Positions 13,499-24,992 of a stretch of DNA of 60,890 nucleotides are shown in pieces. This DNA is from Vicugna vicugna. Taxonomy: Eukaryota. The translations under genes were made by a program, and so were the position numbers. Within the stretch, counting starts at the first letter, position 1; each line of letters opens with the position of its first letter. The notes below the pieces were generated by a model. That model was not told the DNA's origin, made no database searches, and saw nothing but the letters and a program-made list of their open reading frames with translations. The stretch spans positions 726,056-786,945 of the forward strand of contig MU058669.1 of assembly GCA_013265495.1 (NCBI GenBank), read 5' to 3'.

Positions 13499-16400
13499 TT
13501 AAAAACGAATAGATAACACTCGATGAGTAACAGGTGGAGAACACTCAGCAAGTCACGTGACCCAAGGGATTGGTGAATCAGCTCCATCACCCAGCCTGCC
13601 AGGTTGCCCTTTGACCTGAGGGATGCCCTGCCTCCCACATCACCACAGGAATTGGGGGATGAAGCCAAGGCATGGACTCCATCTCTTGCTGCCCACTCTG
13701 GGGAGATGCCATTCTAGGCTAGATCTTTGGAAGCTGGGTGTTTTGAAGGCAAAGGCCCAAATAATTTTCCATTCCTGTCTGCCTTTCTATGTTTCCTTTC
13801 CTTTCTTCTTCTTCTTTTTTTGTTTTTTGTTTTTTGTTTTGGCAAAGTGAGCTTTAACATAGCCCAGATGAGAGGGGTCATCAGTACTCAATTGTTAATG
13901 TTCGAGGGTCAAAGGAGTTATCAACTTGGCAAAGTAGGGAGCAGGGGAAGGCACCTGGCTCACCCATTCCTCTGAGTGTTTCTCACATCACAATAGACAT
14001 ATATATAGAGAGATAGAAACAACATGATTGGCATTCTATTAATTAAGTCACAAAAAGAAACAATTAGGCAAATTTCAGGAAAACCTAAGAAGTAGAAGAG
14101 GACAGAATCAGATTAAGATGTAATTAAACACTTCAGACGTTTCAGGACACAAAAACAGATTCATCAGAAGGCCGCGGTAGAGTCATTGTCCTGAGGCTTT
14201 CAAAACAATCTGACTTCCCGTACTTGACTGCTGCTTAGGGTTAAAAGAGAAAGGCAGTGAAGGGTTATGAAACTTTTAGTTGGAATCACCATGCTCAACA
14301 GTTGACAGCTTTGGAGAACCACAGACACCTGCTCCAGTAAATCAAGTTAGTACTCAGCACATCCCAAGGCAGGGGTTTCTGGCCACATCAATGACAACAT
14401 GTACAGATAACATATCCAGGGCCATCTGGGAGGGCCAAGGGAGTGGATCTAAATTCCTGTACCCACAATCCTCACTTGTACCACTGAGACCCTGTTCATG
14501 TGTTGCTTATAAAGGTTTACGTGCTGGGCCCACTGGTGCATGAGTTAGTGGCTGGAATACTGTAGTTGACTGGATTTACCGCCTCATCCTTCAATCCGCC
14601 ATCTAGTTCTTTAGGCAAGGAGTTGGCTGTATTTTAGGACATAACTTGTACCATCTCTCATTTTACTACTTCCTCCTAAGGATTTCTCTGTTGATGGTGG
14701 CACATTAAGTTAAGGCTCAATTTTTTACCTTAACTCAGCTGGGATGGGTTCACAGGCCACCAAGAAGCAATAACGGGATGAAGGAGAGGGGTTCAAAGGA
14801 GCTACATTGACGGTAGGCAGAAGGGGTAGTTAGGGGAAGGCAAATGGGCCGTCGGGTCCATTCCTCTCCCCATGGCCTCTCGCTCTCTGATCCTTTTACT
14901 GCTCTGAACTTTCTGATGCCTGTTCTACCCCACTGTAAAGTGTAGACCATGGACAGGGCAGACTTTTTATTGTTATTGCCTTTGTTAGTTTGTTTTTGAA
15001 AGAGCTAACCCTTTGCTATTTGGCGACTCTAGTGTGTTAGGAAGCACGGTGATCCCTCCCTGGAAGACACTTTTTGACTCACAGGAACTCCGTTTATTAC
15101 AACCATTACCTTTTATTTATGTTTGTCAGTTGCTGGGCAGCTAACTAGACTGTGGCATATGGATCCCTGAAGGCAAAAGAGAAAGACTCCAAATGCTGTT
15201 TGCTGCCTGAAAAGGAGTTCGTATTTATGATTTTGCCTACCCCACATGGTGAGTTTAAATGTGGCAATTTTCAAGCTGAGAAAACAATTGCCATTAACAG
15301 ATTCTGAAAATGGACTCTTTAGTCTTTCAGATAACTTTGTGCGCCAACTCTTTCTCTTTCTCTCATGCTTGCTCTCAAAAAGCAAACAAACAAACAAAAA
15401 AACCCCACTAAAAACCAAAAACCAAATGCACTCTAAGTTTGAGAACACTCAGAGGGGACTGACTAGTCCTGAGATCGCTTTCAGTGCAGTCACTGCCTAG
15501 GTTTTGTGACCCACCCTTCTCCTCTCTCTCCTACCTCTCCATTTTAAGAGAATATAGGTAGAAAGACTCAAAGTGGGGGTGGGTGTCGGTGCAGGGACAA
15601 AGGGAGCTGGGCTGAGGTGGGGAAGGTGCAGGGAGCAAATACTGAGGTTCTTAATTTTCATTTTGCTGTGAGCTGGGTGTCCTCGAATAGACCATCGGTT
15701 CCCAAGATCACAGATGATGGTTCCTGTGTTTTTAGATCCCCTCCCCTGAAATATTTAGTACAAGCTGCTCCATGCTGTGTGAGAGCTTGAGAAATAATGT
15801 ATTTTCCCCCAAATGAATGAATGAATGAACAAAAATTAAATGCAGTATCATCTTGTGTCTCTAATTCAGCTCTTTAGCAAACTTACCTATCCAGAATATA
15901 GCAGATAAGGACCAGAAAGTGTGCAAAGAAAATACATAGGATCACAGGGTGACCCTGTAGTTAACATTTGTTTTGTTGAGAGCTTATTATGGGCCAGGCG
16001 TTGTACTAAGTGCTTTACATGCATCATTTCATTTAATCCTCACATCATATTTGGTTGTCATATTATTGCTATTTCCATTCCACAGACAAATAAATAACTA
16101 TCCACAGGATCTAACCCAGCTCTGTGTGACTAAAATCCATGAGCATGGACTTTCCAAAGCTGGGGTGCTGTATGCATTGACAGCCCCCCTCCAGTGCTCA
16201 TTTAGGCCTTTTGTCCCCACACTTATGCAGTCATTTTTAAAACTTGATGGTCCTTGAAGGGTGATAGCCTGGGGCTATTCTGGTTCTGGAAAACTGCCCT
16301 ATAATATGTTTCTTCCAGAAGATCCACTGTACTGTATAACCAAGTGCCATTGATAATGATAGAATCCTCAAGAAAAGGTTATGTTCAATACGTTCAAAAC

Positions 16401-17595
16401 AGAAGTTAAAGATTTAAAAATATCGCCCTCTAAAAATATTACAGTAAAATAGAAGCCAAGAACTTAGTAAGGTAAGAACCCAGGTATGCGCAAAATCCAG
16501 GGTCCTGGATAACAGAGGCCACCCTCCAGACTAGCAATAGTGTCCAGACATCTACATTTCATGAATGAGGGAAAAACAAAGTGCAGGTGAGAGAACTGAC
16601 ATGGGTGTGTGTGAAGTGTTAACTATGCTAAATAGAAATGTTTAAAGAGAGCAATCACCATCTAGCGTCACCTCCCTCTAATTAAATTAAGGACACTCGA
16701 AGGATCAAAGAAATAAGAAGGAAGACATATCAGAATAAAGAGAAGTCCTTTAGGCTGAATGCATCTGGATACACTGTTCTTATTTTCCTCTATAATTTGA
16801 ATAAAAAACAGAACTGCAAGGATCTTGGCAAGGCATTTATAAAGGGCTCAGATACTGATGGTTATAACATTTACTTATGTGATTAAACAAATCTCCAGTA
16901 GAACTTTTCCTATGCCAAGTCCTGCTCTTGGAATCAAGAAAAACACACAAACATAAAGCAAACAAAGAAAACAGAATCAGGTATGGTCCTCATTCAGCAG
17001 GGTAACAGTCACCTGGAAATTCCCAGATGCAGACAGATGTTCAGTAGAAGGGGATGGTCCTGGGCCATCAGACAATGCAGCTAGGTCAGTAATCACTGAC
17101 ATGGTGATATGCGTGACATTTATTCCCCGAGAGGGCCGATGAGCAGAAGAAACTCTTCACTGTCTCAGCCCTGACCTTCATCCACAGGAGCTGATGGGTT
17201 CAGGGGAGCCTGTGAATCCATGAATTATCTTTGGAAGTCTTGGGGAGGGAGGAGTTGGGACTCTGGAAAGATATTCTCTCTGGTGATCTTGTAGTCATTA
17301 AGCGTCAATGCATTTAACTTTGCGACTGTGAAGAAGTATATTATCATGTACTTCAGGGAAATTAAAGTTTGGAAAAAGCAAAAGCAGCCAAGGGAGGTAT
17401 CTGAGATTATTTTAATTGGGCCTCAACTTATGAAAGGCTAAGGACTGAACTCCAGGCTTCAATTCTCAAGCAGTTGTCCACACTTCCACCTCTTCCCTCA
17501 AAATCATGAACTCAAGCATTTGAAGAGTGTTGGGTGAAACAATTCTTGGAGTTGACGCCCAGCCTGCAATGATACGCTCTTTCTCTGTTCCTCAA

Positions 17596-18366
17596 AGGAA
17601 GCTTCATTTTTTTTAAATAAAAATAATATTTAATTTACTTTTCCTACATATACATTCCAGAGTCCTAGTGATTTTTATAATTTACAAGAATAGTACATTA
17701 ATATTGTAAAATTTAAAAATCCCACAGAAGTAATTGTTAGCCAGCAATGATACATATTGTTCCAAAATTTTTTCTATACTAGTGCAAGTTCCTTCATCTC
17801 TTAGACAATCCTTAGATATGGACCTTTTTGTGTTTTTTTAAGCTGATTTACAATGCTGTGTTAGTTTCTGGTATACAGCAAGGTGATTCAGTTGTGTGTG
17901 TATGTGTGTATATATTAATTTTTCAGATGCTTTTTCATTTTAGTTTATTACAAGGTATTGAATATAGTTCACTAGGCTATGCAGTAGGTCCTTGTTGTTT
18001 ACCTATTCTATATATAGTAGTTTATATATGCTAATCCCAAATTCCTAATTTATTCCTCCTCCCAACCTTTCCCCTTTGGTAACCATAAACTTGTTTTCTA
18101 TGTCTGTGGGTCTACTTCTGGTTTGTAAATAAGTTCATTTGTATCATTTTTTTAAAGATTCCACATATAAGTGATATCACATGATATTTGTCTTTATCTG
18201 TCTGACTTCACTTCATATGATAATCTCTAGGTCCATCCATGTTGCTGAAAATGGCATTATTTCATTCTTTTTTATGGCTAAGTAGTATTCCATCATGTAT
18301 ATATACCACATCTTCCTTATCCATTCATCTGCTGATGGACATTGAGGTTGAGGAAGCTTCAGTTTT
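17596..18366 (-). mobile_element. 5'-truncated cetartiodactyl-type L1 with TSD and 3'-transduced segment
   Basis: L1 3' UTR at about 17840-18350. TSD aggaagcttca(t/g)tttt at 17596-17611 and 18351-18366, followed by AA (endonuclease TTTT/AA site). Two T tracts. Confidence 0.85.
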
Positions 18367-19781
18367 AATCAGACTAGGTTGCTAGGCATCCTGCTCTCCT
18401 TCAACCCATTGGGTTTCCTCCTGCTTCTATATACCTGCAACTTACTGTTCTCATGAACTTCTCTCCTAATACCTGGTTGCCCTGCAGTGCTCCCCATGTT
18501 TGCTTTGGATTTTTCCTTGAACCCTTGATCTGTTCTTGACCTTTTCTTTAAATTTCCCTGGCAACTAGTAGTCAATTCACTGCCCTGTCCACACTGTTTC
18601 ACGTAGATTAGCTTTAGCCTTTACTTGATTATAAAGCCTTTGGAGTAAAGAGTTGATGTCTTCTGGTCAGCTATCCAAACATTTATGAGGGCCAACTGAG
18701 TGTCAAATACTGTATTAAGTAGGAGTAAAGAATACCTTAATACGAATACAGTTATAAGCCTCATCTTTCCAGGAATGTACAGTCTGGTCTGGGAGGCAAA
18801 ATGCTTCTCAGTAGTTCAGGGAAGGCTATACCTGATTTTTAAGATAAAGGGTTATGGAAGTACCAAAAAGAGATTAATTCCAATAGTGGGTGTGAGTTAG
18901 AAAACCTTCAGGGAGTACTCTGTGAAAACGGAAAAGTGAAATCACAAGTCCAGGGTTAGGAAGCACTGGGCTTGGGGAGTGTGGTCATGATGAGGGGGAT
19001 TTCTGAGAATGAGATTACAGCAGCTGAGTCTAAACTGTGAACGTTCTTGAACGTTATACTACAAAGTGAACACTTCACCTGTGGGCAAGGGAGGTACAGA
19101 AGTGTTTAAGTATGGAGAAGCCTCAGACAAGCAGCTTTTCTACACTCAGCAGTCAGTCCTAAGCAAATACGCGTCAATTAGCCAATGTAGTGGTTCGTAT
19201 AAGATGAACAGACAACATCAAAAGTTTCAGTCCTGGATCCAAGGAAAACAGAGATAATGGGTCACTGCAAAGTAAACAGGGCTCCTTTGGAGACCTGGGA
19301 AAGGTTATCAGTGGAAGAGGAATTAGATTCATTCTCTGAGATGCTGGAGGGCAGAATTAGATCGGGGGATAAAGCCACAGGGACACGGACTGCTGCTCAG
19401 CACGGGGGCAGACGTTGGGGCTGTTAGAGCTCTCGGGAATTGGTGTTTGAAAAGTGTCCCTTTGGTAGGACGCTGTTGGTGGGACAACTGCTTGTCAGGA
19501 AAAACATGGAGGGAATTCATGAAATAAAGACAAAGCTGGGATGCAGCCAGTGGTTCCCAAAAGGCTGGTCCAATGGGCCAGGCTAGTTTGGAATGAAATT
19601 TTCACCTATCAGTGGGAAAATGATGAAAGATAAGGGTTTTGTAGTGGGTTTTCAGAGAGCTGACCCAGGTAGAGCACTCTCTCATCTCTCCACATTGGGG
19701 TGGAGGAAAGAGTCTGAAGGCCTGATTTGAGTCCCTCACTCATCTCTGATCAAGTTATGTGACAAGTCCTATAACCGTACC

Positions 19782-19895
19782 TAAGGTAACCAACTGGTCC
19801 CCATTTACCAGAGGCCTTCCTGATTTTAGCACCAAAAGTCCCACCTCCTGGGAGCCTGCTTAGTGCTGGGCAAGCCATGACAGCTGATCACCTGA
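19782..19895. mobile_element. MER81-like hAT-Blackjack MITE nested in a MIR
   Basis: TIR-like ends taaggtaaccaactg...cagctgatcacctga; degenerate 8-bp TSD accgtacc/actgtgcc; MIR core continues on both sides. Confidence 0.7.
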
Positions 19896-21771
19896 ACTGT
19901 GCCTCAGTTTTCCGCTTGTGAAATGGGAATAATTCTCCTGCTCCAGCTGTCCATCATGTGAGGATTAAATGAGGTGACAGATTTGAAAGTGCTTTGAGAT
20001 TGATTCTGGACAAATCCAGGTGGCTGGACTGGATGTGCCAAGAAAGCCACACTTCCATATTGGGACAAGCCCTGCATGGTGCACTTTGCTGTTAAGCCTC
20101 TAATGTATATTATTCTCTGCAATACTTCCTAGCACGGCCCAGGCAGAATGGATCAGGCCTTCTTTGATCCCTGCTGTACTTGCTGCCCTGTCTCAGCAAA
20201 CTCAACACTTCATTATCCACCATCTACTCCTCCAACCGGTGGGGAGCTTTTGCATGGTAGAGACCCTGCTCCCATCACAATACCTGACACAGCAGCTGTT
20301 TGATACACATTTGCTGAATGATGGAGTGGTTTTAAATGTCTAAGTCATCTGTTGTAACCACATGGTACTTAAACCCCCAGAAACTGCACACCAGTTTTAC
20401 ATGCATGGCAGATATTTCTGGCCCTGCAACTTTCTTTAGGGTCCTGTGGCTAAGATTGCCTGATGCAGTGCAGAGATCTGGAGGGGAACCTGGAGTCTGG
20501 CCCCTCCAGCAGAGATTCTGCAGGCAGAAAGCATCTTGAAGGCACGCAGGATCCCCAGGCTGCCCCACGTTGTGAGAAGCAGGTGTCACCAGTTCGTGTG
20601 CAGCACACGGAAAACCACATCTGGTCCTGTTAAGGCAGGACTGTGTGCCAGCAGCCGTAGGCATGGGGTCTGTGTCAGACACCTCAGAGTTTCTTGACAA
20701 AAGGTAACGGAAGGAGTGAATGAATGTCTCCCCACAATTAACAGAGGGAGTGGAAACACTGTTCAGAACAAGAGCTAGCCTGCTGGTCTCATCACCACCA
20801 CCTCTGGCTCAGTGAAAGAAAGAAAAGCAGGACTCATTCTAAGGACTGGCCACCAAAAGACAGATGTCAGTGTGACCAGAGTGCTAGAAAGACCAGCAGG
20901 ACTATTATTTACTTGTGGACTTTAAAATACACAGGGTCATAATGTAGGAGAATGAGCTCCTCCAGTTACAGAGAGTGGCTCCCGGGGACGAGAGGAGAGC
21001 TCTGCTCCCCCAGCCCCCAACCCCGGCCTGAACCTGTCTCCAGCCCTCCCTCTCTCTTCCTCCTCTCCCTTTCCACTTCCCCTCCAGCCCCTCATCTTAG
21101 TTCAGCAGCTCCTCTCCTATCCGTCCTGTGTAACAGGATTCCAAGAGAGATTTTTCCCTGAGGAAATAACTCCTCTGAGAAAACAGTATAACAAAGATGG
21201 AGAAAGGATGCCGTCCTTATGAATTACCGTCTCTTTCACCTCCTACAGTACGCTTGCTGCATCTTTTTCCTGACATACCTTTCTCCCTGTCTTGCTCGTA
21301 GACACTCTCCCCTCTGTTCAGGGACTGCTGCTTTCTCCTGGAGGCCTGCCTAGAACTTCCACCCTGGGAGAGGGCAAGATATTAACCCCTAGCTGTGTGG
21401 TTTTCCCACAGTGTCTTGTCTGTTGATTGCTCAGTCAATTGATCCATCTGTCCATCTGTCTATTGTGATGGTACTTCCTCTCTCCTTTGTATTACTTCTT
21501 TGTATTACTTTACTGGTACTGGGTTGTATCACCTCTTTCCTTCTCTGTTCACTGTGACTACCATTCAAAAATTTCAGCAGTTCCCACAAAAATCGAGATT
21601 CCTAGTTTCTTTTGAAAAATGAGACGATCGTGCAACATTCTCATATGGCCATAGTAGACCGGAACTGAGTGGAGGCCATTCCCTCTAGACAGGCATGTGC
21701 ACACTCTTGTGTTCACTGAGTCCCCACCCACCATTGCCTGGGATTCCCCAGACTGTCAGTTTTCCATCCAT

Positions 21772-22035
21772 GGTGTGGTGCAGTGGGTAAGAGCGTAGGC
21801 TCTGAAGTTGGACTGCCTGGGTTCAAATGCTGGCCCTGCCACCTACTAGCCGTATGACTTTTGATAATTTACTTAACCTCTCTATGCCACTGATTCATGA
21901 TCTGTATAATGAGGTTCTTAATGGTACCTACGTCACTGGGTTATTGTGAGGATTACATGAATTAGGGAGTGTATACGAGGACTTAGCCTTGTCATACACA
22001 GTTAAGTGCTCAATAAATATTCACTATCATTATTA
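21772..22035 (+). mobile_element. Near full-length MIR
   Basis: 'ggtgcagtgggtaagagcgtaggctctgaag...ctgggttcaaatgctggccctgccacctactagc...gtgctcaataaatatt'. Confidence 0.85.
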
Positions 22036-23351
22036 TTTACCCTAGTATTTGCACTGTGGTTTTGTTTCTTAGAAGAAGCATTGCCTACACTGAAGCCTTT
22101 ATTAAAAATGAGGAAACCACATAGGGGTTTGCTCCTGGTCCATTTCATTCATTTTCTTTTCCTGGCCCTGGGGGGCATGTAACGTTACAGTCCCTGCATT
22201 AGATCTTGGGATCTGATGGTGTGATTTATTCATCTTTGCGTTCCTTAGAGGTACTTAGTGTTTTGAAAATACGATGCTCGGAATGTTGGTAGAATTCAAT
22301 TGCATGATCATGGTCATATAGTTTCATGCTGCCTCTAAGATGCTCACTAGTAATGGCCAAAGACACCATTAAGTCCCTTTAAGAGTGGGCTGATTTAATT
22401 TGTGTCATATGGTCTATGCAGTCGGACCAGTATATCCTGGTTCTCATGAAGCAGACAGAGCACTCACATCACCGGATTTGGTAGCCTGCTCGTAAAGTCA
22501 CAGCACACATGAAAGTCGGCTGGGCAGAAATCAGTCCGTGCGACATGCAATCAATAGGTGTTTCCCGCACGTTAAATTTTCTATTAGGCTCTGTGGGACA
22601 GTTGGTCCTTGATTCACTGAACTGTACCTTGAAATATAGGTGGAGAAAAGAAAAAAAGCAGTAAGAGGAAAGAGACTGAGGTGGGGGACAAGTAGTGTTT
22701 ATGGGATCTGAGGAGACTGGCTTGACTGGTGCTATAAGTTTTTTTTTTTTAACATTCTTCCGGAGGAATAAATTTCATTCCCACGGGAAAGAGAATATGA
22801 TTAAGAGGTCATTATTCTGTCTTTCTGCTAGATGTCTGTGCTGAGGAGGGATGAATAATATATGTAAATTTCCCCGCCTGACTTTCTTTTGTTTGAAAAC
22901 TGCTGGCTTACCACCTCCATCCAACTGGGAGGGTGTGTCTCCTTTGGTTAGGGATTCACCTTCACCGGGGCCTTGTCCCTTATCTCCCTGAGAAAGAGGC
23001 TGATTATATACAATGATCAAGCCTTGATCTCAGTCCACAGAGCCATTCATAAAATGTTCCTGAAACAGATGGTCCAGCATTTCTGTGCAGAGGCTCAACT
23101 CAGGATTACCCCCCCCACCCCTTCCTTTCTAGACAAATGGATTGAAGCAATGTAGCTATTAGCTGAATGGGTTTGCTGAGTGTAAAGGGACTAAGACTAT
23201 ACATTTGAACATTTCTATTTCCTGGTGTCCTGGTGTCCATGGCAGTGAAAAGAAGCCAAGAGAGGTCTGGCCCAGAGAAGGCCATCACCACTTACTTGGG
23301 TCGATCTCCAAACTAACAGAATAGATGGTGAGTGTCAAGGGGAGGCAGCAA

Positions 23352-23410
23352 GGGGAGGGAGAAGTGGGGGAGGGAGAAGTGGAGGAGGGAGAAGTGGGGG
23401 AGGGAAGGGA
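23352..23410. repeat. 15-bp purine-rich tandem repeat, about 3.5-4 copies of GGAGGGAGAAGTGG(G/A)
   Basis: Directly visible; also gives the GEGEV repeats in the spurious ORF at 23325. Confidence 0.9.
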
Positions 23411-24812
23411 ATTCATATTTAACAACTATGGACCTACGGACTGTGAGCTCTTCATTAGTGACTTCCTTTATTCTCAAGGTAATCTTGAGAAGCCTGTTTC
23501 AGGATTCCCATTTGGAAAAGGAGAAAACAAAGCCTCAGAAGATGAAGTAAGGCTGATTAACACTTAGTGACTTCAGTTTGTACCAGGCACTATGCTAAGA
23601 ACTTCATACCATCTCATTTAATCATTTACTACCCTACGAAGTTTATGTTAGTGCCACCTCCCCTTGTTATACCTGGGAAAATCGAGGCTTAGGGAGGTGA
23701 AGCCACTTTTCTCAGCCACTTTTGTCCTTAACTGGCAGACTTGGGATTCATACTCAGCCCTGACTTCAGGGTCCCATCCATCAGTTGACGCTCCACACTG
23801 CTGCTTGCTACTTTCCCAGGATCAGGCAGGTTGTAAATGTGGGAGGTAAGGTGTGAAAAGGATCTGATCGACATGAAAGCACATTGCTTCCCACACCCAC
23901 AAGCCCCGAGTGGCAGAGCTGGGACAGGATCTAGCCCTTCCCGGCTTCATCTGCCTTTGTGTCACAGCAGCTGCCTTCTTAGAAAAGGCTGGGCGAGTCT
24001 GAAATAAAGTTGCTGTAGGGGATAAGGAGGGGAAAGGGAAAAGAGGTGCTATTTTTGACAGCATCAGCCTCTTAAAAGAAAGCAGCATGCAATTTGTCCG
24101 TCAGTCAGCGTCAGCGGGAGAACGCAGCGCTCGGCCAGGCAAATCACAGCCGGTTCTGGGATGCTGTTCTCGCCGCGGGAAAGGCCATTTGTTTCCCGTG
24201 TGGTTCATCTCCGATCCATCCTGGTTGCCTGGCTCTTTCCACTTTCCTCCTCTCTCTCCTTAATGTGTTGCTCTGCCGTTTGCGAGCTCCTCCACCAGGC
24301 GTGATGAAAACAGAGCCCTAGCCAGAATTAGTGTGCGTTTGTCTTTGTGAGGGCCGCAGCATCCCGCAGATCAGTCCGCACCGTGGAGCTCCAGCCTAGC
24401 ATCGTGCTTCAAGGAGCGCTTCTGCCCTGGAGGCCGCCTATATCTCATCTCCTCCTGAGGTTTTAAGGAAGCCTTTCAAGGTCGCAAAGGCAGTGAGGGA
24501 TGCCTCTGTCAGCGCAGAGGTGGGGATGTGGACAGCAGGGGGGTTTTGGAGTCAGGGTTTGCACTTAAGCGCCATCCAGTGAATTACTGTAAACGTGGGC
24601 AAAGTGTCACCACTCTGAATCTTAGCTCCCTAACCTGTGCAGGAAAATGACAATATCCTAATCCAAAGGGGAGGGGAGGATGAACGCTTGGATGCAGCGA
24701 GGGCACTGGATGCATCTGACCGGCCCTGCACGTCATAGGGATGAAATGAACACAAGTTTCTTCTTCCCACTGCCGCACGTACGGGGCAATTAGTCTCAAG
24801 TTGTCTGCTTTT

Positions 24813-24992
24813 CTTCCTTTCTTTTTCTTTTTTTTAACAGACTTCTTTTTCAAAAATTATTTCACTTTTCTGGGAGGGAGGTAATTAGGCTTACTTATTT
24901 ATTTACTTTCTAGAGGAGGTACTGGGGATTGAACCCAGAACCTCATGCATGCTAACCATGCACTCTACCACTTTGAGCTGTTCCTCTCTCCC
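24813..24992 (-). mobile_element. Camelid tRNA-Ala-derived SINE (vic-1 type)
   Basis: Reverse strand gives a tRNA-like head with B box GGTTCAATCC, then CAGTACCTCC, AATAAATAA..CCTAATTACCTCCC and an A-rich tail. Confidence 0.8.

Noticed and set aside
21485..21510. 13-bp tandem duplication ctttgtattactt (and ttttaga repeats near 56300-56332)
   Set aside because: Ordinary slippage products; no spacer structure, so not a CRISPR-like or functional array.
24375..24395. REST/NRSE-like site tccgcaccgtggagct (also tcagcacgggggcag near 19396)
   Set aside because: Several mismatches in core positions or wrong half-site spacing.
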